DNA of 64,000 bases from the human T2T-CHM13v2.0 reference genome, Homo sapiens, in NCBI RefSeq assembly GCF_009914755.1, contig NC_060926.1; one strand, given 5' to 3'. How positions within the stretch are numbered: the stretch's first letter is position 1; every line of letters starts with the position of its first letter. The translations under genes and the position numbers were made by a program. Positions 21,766-34,756 of this stretch are shown in pieces. The notes beneath the pieces were generated by a model that was not told the origin of the DNA, ran no database searches, and saw only the letters and a program-made list of their open reading frames with translations.

Positions 21766-22176
21766 GCCAAACACAGTTCCAAAGTAGGAGGAATAGCTGT
21801 GTTGCAAAGTCAAGAATCCCTTCTTTACAGCAACACACGATGATATGTACACTGTCTATCCCAGGGGCCAGTCTGGGTGCAGGAGAAGAGAAGCAGGCAA
21901 GGCTCAACGACAAATGCTGAATGTAGGAAGTAGTCATATTAAGGCAGGGGCATGTATGAGAGACTTTGCCCTGCTAGCCATCTTTCTTTTGATTCAGAAG
22001 ATACAGGCATACCTCCAAGATTTTGTGAGTTCAGCCCAGAATGAGATAGATTATTACAATAATTATTATAGCAGTCACCATTTACAGTGTCTGCTCCCCT
22101 AGAGGCACTGTGCAGGGTGCTGTCATAAACATGGCATTTAATCTTTATAGTTGGTCACAATACTGTCAGAATGATA

Positions 22177-25026
22177 CAGGCATACCTTGGAGATATTGCG
22201 GGTTCCGTTCCAGATCACGTCAACAAAGCTAATGTCGTAAAAAGGTGAGTCACACAGACTTGTTTCACAGTGTATATTAAAGCTCTGTTTACACCATAAT
22301 GTAGCCTATTAAGTATGCAATAGCATTATGTCTAAAACAATGTACATATCCTAGTTGTAAAACATTGCTAAAAAAGGGTAATGAACATGTGATCGTTTAG
22401 AGAGTTGTAATCTTTTTGGATTACATTTTCTTCTTATATCTCCTCAGACATGAATAAGTAAATGACAAATAGGAAACATTCTTGTTCAACAGTATACTAA
22501 AAATTTCATGTATTAATACATATATCAATTATTATTAACCATGTATATTCACAAATACACATATCCAGACATAAATATGGAGAGTGAAGGGTTTTACCTC
22601 GACGATTGTTGATGGCTGCTGACTAATCAAGGTGGTGGTTGCTGAAGGGTGTGACGGCTGTGGCAATTTCTTGAAAATAAGGCAACAATGACTTATGCCA
22701 CATCAATTGACTCTTTCTTTCATGAAAGATTTCTTGAAGCATACACTGCTGTTTGAAAGCATTTTAGTAACAGTAGAAGTTCTTTCAAAATTGAAATCAA
22801 TACTCTCCAACCTGCTGATGCTGTATCAACTCAGTATACGTTTTATTCTTAATTTTTTGTTGTCACTTCAACATTGCTCACAGCATCTTCACCAAGAATA
22901 GATTCCATCTCAAGAAACTGCTTTCTTTGCTCATCCATAAGAAGCAACTCCTCATCGTTCAAGTTTTAATGCAAGATTGCAACAATTCAGTCACATCTTC
23001 AGGCTCTACTTCTAATTCTCTTGCTATTTCCACCACATCTGCAGTTACTTTCTCCACTGAAGTCTTTTTTTTTTTTTTCAATATAAGAGGAGTCTTGCTC
23101 TGTTGCATAGGTTGAAGTGCAGTGGTGTGATCTCAGCTCACTGCAACCTCCACTCCCAGGTTCAGGCAATTCTCCTGCCTCAGCCTTCTGAGTAGCTGGG
23201 ATTACAGGTGGTTGCCAGCATGCCTGGCTAATTTTTGTATTTTCAGTAGAGATGGGATTTTGCCATGTTGACTAGGCTGGTCTCAAACTCCTGACCTCAG
23301 GTGATCCACCCGCTTGGCCTCCCAAATTGCTGGGATTACAGGCATGAGCCACTGCACCCGGTCCCCTCTACTGAAGTCTTGAACCCCTGCAAGTAATCCA
23401 TGAGGACTGGGATCAACTTCTTCCAAATTCCTATTGATTTGACATTTTAACCTCCTCCCATGAATCATGAATGTCCTTAATGGCATCTAGAATAATCCTT
23501 TCCAGAAGGTTTAAAATTTAGTCTGCCCAGTTCCATCAGAGGAATCATTATCTTTGGCAACTACAGCCTTACAAAATGTATTTCTTAAATATTAAGACCT
23601 GAAAGTCAAAATTACTCCTGGATACATGGGCTACAGAATGGATGCTGTGTTACCAGGCACGAAAACAACATTCATCTTGTATATCTACAATAGAGCTCTT
23701 GGGTGACCAGGTCCATTGTCAATGAGCAATAATATTTTGAAAGGAATCTTTTTTCTCAGCAGTAGGTCTCAATGGTAGGCTTAAAATATTCAGTAAACCT
23801 TGCTACAAAGAGATGTACTGTCATCCAGGCTTTGTTATTCTACTTATAGAACACAGGCAGAGTAGATTTAGGATAAATCTGAAAGGCTCTAGGATATTCA
23901 GATGGTCAATGAGCACTGGCTTCACCTTAAAGTCACCAGCTGCACTAGCCCCTAACAAGAAAACCTATCTTTTGAAGTTTTTAAGCCAGGCATTGACTTC
24001 TCTCTAATTATGAAAGTTTTAGATGGTATTTTCATCCAATAGAAGCCTGTTTCATCTACATTCAAAATCTGTTGTTTAGTGTAGTCACTTTTATCAATGA
24101 TCTTAGCTAGATCTTCTGAGTAACCTGCTGCAGCTTCTACATCAGCACCTGCTGCTTCACCTTGCACATTTATGTTATGACGATGGCGTTTTTCCTTAAT
24201 CCTCATGAACCAACCTCTTTAGCTTCAAATTTTTCTTCTGCAGGTTTCTCACCTCTCAGCCTTCATAAAACTGAAAAGAATTAGGGCCTTGCTCTGGAAT
24301 TAGGCTTTGGTATACGGGAATGTTGTGACTGGTTTGATACTCTATCCACACCACTGAAACTTTCTCCACATCTGCAATAAGACTGTTTTGCTTTCTTATC
24401 TCTCATTTGTATACTGGAGGAGTACATTTAATTTCCCTCAAGAACTTTTCCTTTGCAATCCACAACTTGGGCTAACTGTCTGGCACAGGAGGCCTAGCTT
24501 TTAGCCTATATCCACTTCGACCTGCCTTCCTCACTAAGCATGATCATTTCTAGCTTTTGATTTAAAGTGAGAGATGTATGATCTTTCCTTCTACTTGAAC
24601 ACTTACAGCCCACTGTAGGGTTATTAACTGACCTAATTTCAATATTGTTTTGTCTTAGGGAATACAGAGGCCTGTGGAGAGGGAAAGAGAGGAAGAGCCA
24701 GTCGGTGGAGCAGTTAGAACACACATAATATTTATCCATTAGGTTCACCATCTTATATGAATTGGTATCATTCATGGTACCCCAAAACAATTATAATAGT
24801 AAACTCAAAGATCACTAATTACTGATCACCATAACGGATAATGAAATAGTTTGAAATATTGAGAATTACTAAAATATGACACAGAGACACAAACTTAACA
24901 CATACTGTTGGAAAAATGGTTCTAAAAGACATGCTTAATGCAGGAATACCACAAACCTTCAACTTGTAAAAACCACAATATATGCAAAGCACAATAAAGC
25001 AAATTATAATAAAACAAAGTATGCTA
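22177..25026 (-). mobile_element. Full-length Tigger1 (TcMar-Tigger DNA transposon) with decayed transposase
   Basis: TA|caggcatacc terminal inverted repeat at 22177 and degenerate aagtatgcta|TA at about 25026; ORF remnants SLTLNQKLEMI and [27 protein letters not shown] (pogo-type DDE); length fits about 2.4 kb plus an Alu plus a 165-bp insert. Confidence 0.93.
23064..23362 (-). mobile_element. Alu (S-type) inserted in Tigger1
   Basis: TSD core actgaagtc. Confidence 0.95.
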
Positions 25027-25559
25027 TATAATCAAATATAGCATACTATATTTGATTATACTGTATAGCATATATATTTGATTATACTATATAGCATACT
25101 ATATTTGAATATACTATATAGCATAATTTGTAAAAACCACAATATATGCAAAGCACAATTTGTAAAAACCACAATTTATGCAAAGCACAATATATGCAAA
25201 GCACAATTTGTAAAAACCACATATATGCAAAGCACAATATATACAAAGCACAATTTGTAAACACCACATATATGAAAGGCACAATATATGCAAAGCACAA
25301 TTTGTAAAAACCACAATATATGCAAAGCACAATAAAGCAAATTATAATAAAACAAACTATGCTATATAATCAAATATAGCATACCATATTTGATTATACT
25401 ATATAGCATATATGTTTTATTATACTATATAGCATACTATATCTGATTATACTATATAGCATAATAAAACAAAGTATGCTATATAATCAAAAGAAATCAA
25501 TTACATACAAAAATAGTGTCATATCAAAAGAAATCAATTACACACAAAAACAGTGTCAT
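25027..25559. repeat. Complex minisatellite and inverted repeats derived from the Tigger1 terminus
   Basis: About 16-bp units A=aatttgtaaaaaccac and B=aatatatgcaaagcac, order ABABBABBABBAB (25125-25330); hairpin 25027-25060; 37-bp duplication 25486-25559. Confidence 0.92.
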
Positions 25560-25780
25560 AAGGAGAATAGGTGTTAGTCTATAACATTGCTCTAGCCCAT
25601 ACTGTTTGCAAGATGACCTTTTGCAAACAGTATGATCAGGAAAAAATGTTTCTCATTGAATGATGAGCAGTCATTCTTAAAAAAGGAATCTACAAATAAA
25701 ATGAAGGAAAGAAAAAGGAAAATCAAATGGAAACACATAAGAAAAACAGTTATGAAGCAGATGAAAATTATAGTCAAATA

Positions 25781-26034
25781 TGTTCTCACTCATAGGTGGG
25801 AACTGAACAATGAGAACACACGGACACAGGAAGGGGAACATCACACTCGGGACTGTTGTGGGGTGGGGGGAGGGGGGAGGGATAGCATTAGGAGATATAC
25901 CTAATGCTAAATGATGAGTTAATGGGTGCAGCACACCAGCATGGCACATGTATACATATGTAACTAACCTGCACATTGTGCACATGTACCCTAAAACTTA
26001 AAGTATAATAATAATAAAATAAAATTAAAAAAAG
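25781..26034 (+). mobile_element. Short 5'-truncated L1PA 3' end
   Basis: tgttctcactcataggtggg...cctaaaacttaaagtataat + A-rich tail; TSD gaaaatta(ta)gtcaaatatgtt. Confidence 0.93.
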
Positions 26035-26786
26035 AAAATTAGTCAAATATGTTGCCACAAATATAAACTTAAAGAAGCAATCACCTCTATAACACAGAAA
26101 ACATAAAGAGGAGATGCAGGAGCTCAGGGGAGCTATGGTCAAAAAGATGAAGAAATAAAATGTGAACTTACAGGTCAGAGAAATAAAAAAAATACATAAA
26201 TAAACAAAACTGAAATGAAGGCCAAATGGAAGCAGAAGAGAGAACAGGTACTACTAAAATAGGAAAGTACACACAGGATAGGATTGAAAAGGAAATTTTC
26301 AAAAAGAATTTAAACAAAAAAAAGGGTTTTGGAGAAAAAAATAAATTAAGAATGCAAAAGAGAAAAAAACAAGTGATATAAATAGGCCAAGACAAATCAA
26401 CAAATATAAGCATATTTGATGTCTTCAAAGAAGCAAGCCAAAATGAAAAAAGTAAAAAACTGCTCTCAGTGTAATTCAAGAGAAGTTTCCAGAAGTAGAA
26501 GAAAAATGTAAACTAGAAACTAAAAGAATATGGCACGTCCAAGAAAAAGAGAAACACAAAGGTCAATGCCAAGACATATTCTAGTACTGGACTGCAAAAA
26601 ATGGGTAGTGAGGTAAAAAATTGATCACTTCTAAGTAGAAAAAAATCCAGTGAGTCCTCAGACTAGTCTGTAGCAAACAGTGAGCACTGCCTACAAAATC
26701 AGCCAGGAAATAAAGTGGGCCTGAGGAATTTCTTACCCCACAGATGTGTAATTATAAAGTGAGTGAAAGGATATTTTTAGAATACG

Positions 26787-27676
26787 AGAGAAAATATTTA
26801 CAAAATGTCTATCTGATGAGAAATTAATAGCCAGAATATATAAGAAAACTCTATAGCAAAAAAAGAGAAATATTCCAATTAAAAAATGGACAAAAGATCT
26901 CAACAGACAATTCTCAAGGAAGATATATAAACTGCCAACAGGTATATTAAAAATGCTCCACATCACTAATCATCAGAGAAATGCAAATCAAAACCACAAT
27001 GAGATATCATCTCACCCCAGTTAAAATTGCTTTTATCAAAAAAAATGGGAATAAGGGATGTTAGTAGAGAAAGAGGAATCCTTGCACACTGTTGGTAGGA
27101 ATGTAAATCAGTACAGCTGCCATGGAAACCAATATGGAGATTCCTCAAGAAACTAAAAATAGAAATACCAATGATCCAGCAATTCCACTACTGGGTATAT
27201 ATCCAAAAGAAGAGAAATCAAGAGATATCTGCACTCTTATGTTTACTGTAGCAATGTACTCAATAGCCAAAATGTGTAATCAACTTAAATGCCCACGAGT
27301 AGATAAATGGAAAAAGAAAATGTGATATATATATACACAATGAATATTATTCAGCCATAAACAAGAATAAAATCCTCTCATCTGCAGCAACATGGATGGA
27401 ACTGGAGGTCATGATGTTAAGTGAAATAAGCCAAGCACAGAAAGACAAATATCACATGTTCGCACTCATATGTGGGAGCTCAAAAAGTGAATCTCACAAA
27501 GGTACAGAGTACCTTAGTGGCTACTAGTGGTTGGGAAGGGTAGTGGGGAGGGGAGGATGAAGAGGTTGATTAATGGGTACAAATATACAGTTAGATAGAA
27601 GAAATAATACCTAACGTTTGGTAGATCAGTAGGGTGACTACAGTTAGCGTTAATCTATTGTACATTTCAAAATAAC
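26787..27676 (+). mobile_element. L1MA-type 3' fragment
   Basis: ORF2-end peptide [13 protein letters not shown] and L1MA-like 3'UTR. Confidence 0.85.
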
Positions 27677-27904
27677 TTCAACCAAAGGACACCGTACAGA
27701 AACAAAAGGGACCGAGGGAAGCAATGAAAATACTTCACTATTTAAATAATACTTAACTATTTAAATAATCTGGTTTACAGATGAGAACATAAGTTATAGA
27801 TAATCACAACACAGAAATTACATACCTAACAGAAGGTAAAAGGGAAACAAAGGCAAAGTTTAAAGTTGGTAAAGAAATAATGTTAAGTATTTTTTTAAAT
27901 TAAT

Positions 27905-28365
<461 letters not shown>

Positions 28366-29479
28366 ACATGAGTATTTTTATAAATGAAAAGTGTAAGTAT
28401 TATTAAAGATACAAAGGTGAACATCAAAAAAATAACCAATTGATATCGTGCTCAGAAAGGACAGAGAGGGAGAAAAAGGCAATATACCAATGTCACTGCA
28501 TATAACTGGGAATAAGAAAACAATACGTAATAAAATAGAGAACAGAGTATATTACACAAAACATTAGTTATAAAGATAACCAGTGGATTCCAAACCAAAC
28601 CTTTAAATTACTAATGGTTTATACTAAACGAAAACAGGAAAACATGGATTATATAATGACATATTTAGTGGATCATAGAATGATCATATAATAACATATT
28701 TTTAGGCAACAGAAACCATAACAAATACTATGATAATTGCATAAAGACTAAATATAACTCTAATATCAATGAATGAAAGTGAGTTTAACACTGTTACTTA
28801 AGAGAAAAGACAAACTGAGTAACAAAGTGAAACCTAACCTTGTAACATAAAAATTTATCTAAAGGTTTCAAAAACGTTGAAAATAAAAAGATGGTTAAAG
28901 GCATGCTAGGAAAGCATGGACAGAATGAAATAGTTGTTGGGATACTAATTACAGATCACATTCAGAGGACGAAAGGAAAGAACTAAGTGATTTTATAATA
29001 AAGAAATTTTATAATGATAAAGAGTATAATCCAGAATGAATGAAGACTTAACTGTAAGGTGTCTGCTCCCAGTACTATGGTGTTTTAGATATTCTAAAAA
29101 TCCCTCCTTTTGCAAACACCTAGAAATGCTAAATTAGGTAAAACATTATCTTTTAAAATGTAGCACCAGTCTGAAGAAAAAGTAAAGGTAATTTACAATG
29201 TTCAATGAAAATTTACAAAGAGAAAGTCAAACATACAGTGATGAGTGATAAAAACACATGCTACACTGAAGGTGTCTACAGAAGCCACCAACAAAGAACC
29301 TTAGGACTGAAGAACCATGCAGAGCAACAAGAATAAGGCCCTAGACCTAAAAGAAATAGATAGTGGAAATAAGAGTCCTAAATAAAGCTTCAGCCTAAGA
29401 AAGCTGGAGATTAAATGAAAATGGAAGAAGGGTGACAATAGAAAAAGGGATCCAGTGGCAAAAGGAAACAAACAGGAAA

Positions 29480-29646
29480 TAGATTTAGACATATGTGGTC
29501 AATCAATTTTTCACTAAAGTGCCAAGGTAATTTATGGGAATGATAGATTTTTCTACAAATGGTGCTGAAATAACTAGATATTGGTATGAAGGAAAACAGA
29601 ACCTAGAACTCCTACCTCACCCCGTATTTAAAAATTGAGATGATAC

Positions 29647-29704
<58 letters not shown>

Positions 29705-30560
29705 AAAAGGAAAACTATAAAGCTTCCCGAAGAAAACAGAAGACGATTTTGTAATCTTCAGGTAGGAAATGACTTGTTCAAATATAAAAAGCACTAACTA
29801 TAAAAGGAAAACTTGATGAAGTTAATTTTATTAAAGTTAAAATTTTCTGTTCATTAGAATACTATACTACAAGGAAAATCAAAAGGAGGCTACAGACTAG
29901 GGAAAATATTCACAAGATACATATCTGGCAAAAGTCTTATATCTAGAATATAAAAAGAACTTCCAATAAATAATAAAAAGGCAACCCAATTAAAACAAGG
30001 GCAAAACATTTCAGTACTTTACAATGTATCTATTATATGTTGTATATAACATATATAACTATATAAGGATGATCTGTAAGTTCAGGGAAACATGTTCAAT
30101 ATTATTCAGAAAGTACAAAGTAAAACATAATAAGCTACATCTCGAATAGTCATTCATTTTGAATGCCTAAAATAAAAAAGGCTAACAACATCAAATGTTG
30201 ACAGAGATGTGGATCATCTAGAACTCTCATATATTGTTGACAGATGGGAAAAAGTTGGACAGTTTTTAAATAAAGTTAAAGCACACTCCACCCAAAGAGC
30301 TAACAAGAGAACTGAAAACATGTCCATAGATGGACTCATCTAAGAATGTTAAGACTATCTTTATTCATAAGAGCTCTAAACCAGAGCCAACCCAAATGTC
30401 CATCACCAAGTAAATGAACAAAATAATTGTGACATATTCAGAGGTAAAACAACATAGATGAAATTGCTAAAACATTATATTGAGTGAGAGAAGATCCACA
30501 TAAACTGCATGATTCTGTTTGTAGCATGTTCCAAAACAGAGAAAACTAAGATACCATACA
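29480..30560 (+). mobile_element. Old L1M ORF2/3' remnants
   Basis: acaaatggtgctg, aacccaaatgtccatca and similar degenerate L1 motifs. Confidence 0.65.
29649..29698. repeat. (TA)n microsatellite, about 24 units
   Basis: Direct reading. Confidence 0.97.
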
Positions 30561-30584
30561 GTAAGAAATTCATGAGTCCATCTG

Positions 30585-30937
30585 AAGGATGGATGGATGG
30601 GAAGATGAATGGATGGATAGAAATAGAAAGGAGGGAGGGAGGGAGGAAGGGAGGGAGAGAGGGAAGGAAGGAAGGAAGGAAGGAAGGAAGGGAGGGAGGG
30701 AGGGAGGGAGGGAGGGCGCGGTGGCTCACGCCTGTATCAGGAGAATGGCATGAACCCGAGAGGCGGAGCTTGCAGTGAGCTGAGATCGCGCCACTGCACT
30801 CCAGCCTGGGTGACAGAGCAAGACTCCGTCTCAAAAAAAAAAAAAAAAGAAAAGAAAAAAGAAGGAAGGAAGGAAGGAAAATAAAGGAAAGAAAGAAAGG
30901 AAGGAAAGGAGAGGAGAGGAAAGGAGCAGAAGGGGGG
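30585..30937. repeat. GGAT/GGAG/GGAA polypurine tracts flanking a deleted Alu
   Basis: (GGAA)7 at 30662-30689; GA-rich tract 30833-30927. Confidence 0.93.
30714..30860 (+). mobile_element. AluY-like with large internal deletion
   Basis: gggcgcggtggctcacgcctgta joined to caggagaatggcatgaacc. Confidence 0.9.
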
Positions 30938-31477
30938 CTCTTCTTTACAATAAAATGCCAATTAATAAATCATTTTACAGCCATCATGACAAAATTTGAT
31001 TTGAACAGGAATCATCTATGTATGCTAAATCCAAGAGAGGGAAAATCAGAGAAGGAGCAGCATATTTGCACGGTCATAATATCTCATGTTAATTGTTACA
31101 TACTAAACAACTGTGAGAAGCAAAAATAGTAACTATACAGTGAAACTGGACCAAACTTTGGCCAGGAACTTGGCCTTGGGGCTAAGAGGCTCAAAATAAT
31201 ACCCTGAGAAGAATATGACCTCAATCTCACTATGTACTGATGCAGGAAAGATTGCATAATCTAAATCTCACTGTGATGAAACATTATAAAAATAAGTTGA
31301 GGCCAGTGTCATGAAAGGGTAAGGAAGTGTCCCACATTAAAGGAAACAAAAAGATATCATTAAATGCAGTAAGTGATCCTGGATTAGATTTTCATATTGA
31401 ACAAAAAACATGCTATAAAAGACAGCATTGGGACAACTGACAAAATATATTAAAGTATTGTATAATAGTTAAATTCC

Positions 31478-31787
31478 AGCCATGTGCAATGGCTCATGCC
31501 TGTAATCCTAGCACTTTGGGAGGCCAAAGCAGGAAGATCATATGGGGCCAGGAGTTCAATAGCAGCCTGTACAACATAGCAGAACTCTGTCTCTATAAAA
31601 AAATACACTGGGCACAGTGGTGTGCACCTGTAATACTAGCAACTTGGGAGGGTGAGGTCAGAGGATCACTTAGGGCTGTGAATACGAGGTTACAGTGAGC
31701 TATGATTGTGCCATTGCACTCCAGCCTACGTGACAGAGTGAGATCATGTTTCTAAAAAAACAAAACTAAGAATAAAAAAAAATAAAA
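31478..31787 (+). mobile_element. AluJ
   Basis: Diverged Alu dimer. Confidence 0.88.
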
Positions 31788-32597
31788 AGTTAAATTATTA
31801 AATTTGGTAACTGTGCTGTGTCTATATAAGAGAATGTCTTTATTTTTAAAAAACACATACTATATTATAGTATTGCATATTATTCTTATTTTTAAAGCAA
31901 GTTTATTAGGAAAGTAAAGGAGTAAAAGAATGGCTACTCCATAGGCAGAGCAGCCAGTTTCGCAGATTAAAGGAGCATAATGTATGCAACCTACTCTCAA
32001 ATGGTTTATAAAAACATGAATGCAAGCATAGGTGTATATATGTGTATGTTGTTTGTGTAGAGAGAGAGAATAATAAAGTAAATGTGGCAAAATGTTAAAA
32101 ATATGTGACTCTAGGTAAAACATACATAAAAGTTATTCTCTATTTTTGTGACTTTTCTGTACATTTGAAATTACTTCAAAAAGTTGAAAAAAATACAGCA
32201 CCAAGTAACTATAAAAAATATACTTTAGTGACAGAAGTCAGATCAGTGATTTTAATTTAGGAGGATGGGGTTGTTTAGAAAGAGGCCTACTCTGAGTGAT
32301 GGTAATGTTTTATATCTTGACTGAGGTTTTTGAAAACACAGGGGTATTCAGTGTATCAGAATCTACAAAACTGTGCACCTCAAATCCATATATTTTATTA
32401 AATTAAATTATACTTAATTTTTTAAGCTAACAAGGAAATTTAAAGCTTGGCAGGAGATGAAAATTAATGATCAAAATTCATAATAGTAAGCCTACCTAAA
32501 AATGAACTTGAGGTTTGAATTTGTATTACCTGTGTGATCTTGGAAACTGCAAGCCAAGAATCTAATTTTGCAAATCCTCCATTGAAGAATTTACTCA

Positions 32598-32950
<353 letters not shown>

Positions 32951-33948
32951 TTAAGATTATTTATTAAAACAAAATTTAAGACATCTGCAAATACACTGGG
33001 AAATAAACCATCACATAAAACAATAAAAGGCAAAATTAACCTCTAAAGGACCTCAAATATGCAAATAAGTATGACTTACATAAATAAGTATGTTCTAAAT
33101 ATTTAAAGAAATACGACACAGAACCAAAACATTGCAAAAAACAAGACACTACCAACATAAGCAGGCAGAGCTGAACTCGATATTCTAGGAGTTAAAAATA
33201 TACTTTCTGAAATTAAGAACAGAAAGTTAAATGTCCCTGTTCTCCAATTTCAAGAAAGGAAAGGACTAACTGTTCTCTGGTAGTCAGCTAATCCCTAAAC
33301 TATACACAGAAATTTCAGACAGTCCTTAAACACTCCTGTTTTTGAAAGTCTTCAGGCTTCCAAAGCCCAATGCGATACCAACTCTTCGCTTTGTTTAGAA
33401 TGTCATGGCTAAGAAGCACAGTTCTCCCTTGCTTATCAAGAAAGAAATTGAGTGGTTTCTCATTTCAAGTATATTGAGTGATGGTCTCATCCTTAAGAGA
33501 ATCCAATAAATTAATTAACAGCAAAAGATAAAATCAGTAAGCTTGAATATGGCTAAATACAAAATATCAAAACTGCAGCACACACAAAAAAAGATAAGAG
33601 ATATACAGGACACCGAAAGAGCAATTAAGTAAATGTAAAAATAATTCATATTCATGGAATGAAATACTCTGTATTATAAATATATAAATTCTCCCCAAAC
33701 TGATCTATAGATGCAGTAAAACTCCATTCACAAATCCAGCACTTTTGTGAAAATTGATAAATGACTTCTACAATTTATATGTAATGCAGAGTCAATAATA
33801 GCTGAGACAATTTTGAAAAAGAGTAAGGCTGAAAGATTTATACTGCCTGATACCAGAATATTTATTATAAAGCTACGCTAAGAAGTATGAAGAAGTATGG
33901 TACTGACACAAAGATGGCAAACAGAGAAACAAAACAAAGAATCTACAA

Positions 33949-34153
33949 CTGCACTATTCCATATGGTAGGCACTAAACATGTAACTATTTAAATTTGAAT
34001 TAATTAAAATTAGTAAAATTAAAAATTCAATCATTAGTTGCACTAGCCACACTTCAAGTACTCAATAGCCATCTGCAGTGAATAGCTACTGAATTAAACA
34101 GTACACATAAAGAATATTTCCATCACAGCGGAAAGTTCCATTAGACAGCACTT
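33949..34153. mobile_element. MER3-type hAT-Charlie MITE inside an old L1
   Basis: cactagccacacttcaagtactcaatagcca...gaaagttccattagacagcac. Confidence 0.8.
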
Positions 34154-34295
34154 ATCTAGAAAGGTATACACATAAAATTACTTGATTTATGACAAAAGTA
34201 ACATTACAATGCAGTAGGAAAAAGTCTTTTCAATAAATTGTGCTGGATCAAGTAGACATTCATATGTAAAAATAAATTTAAAAATAAGTAAGTGA

Positions 34296-34628
<333 letters not shown>

Positions 34629-34756
34629 CCTGATGTCTACTTCATACCATATACACAAAACAATTCCAAGTAGATTGTAAATCGAATTAGTGTAAAAATT
34701 AAAACAATAAAGCTTTTAGAGGAAAACACAGGAAATCTCTTCATGACTTTGTAGTA

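Noticed and set aside
23952-24790. Domesticated TIGD-like transposase gene
   Set aside because: Fragmented frames, an Alu insertion and intact transposon context indicate a decayed Tigger1
25125-25330. CRISPR-like array or repetitive Cys-rich ORFs (25078-25332)
   Set aside because: Units are contiguous with no unique spacers, derive from Tigger1, and no cas genes are present in this primate DNA
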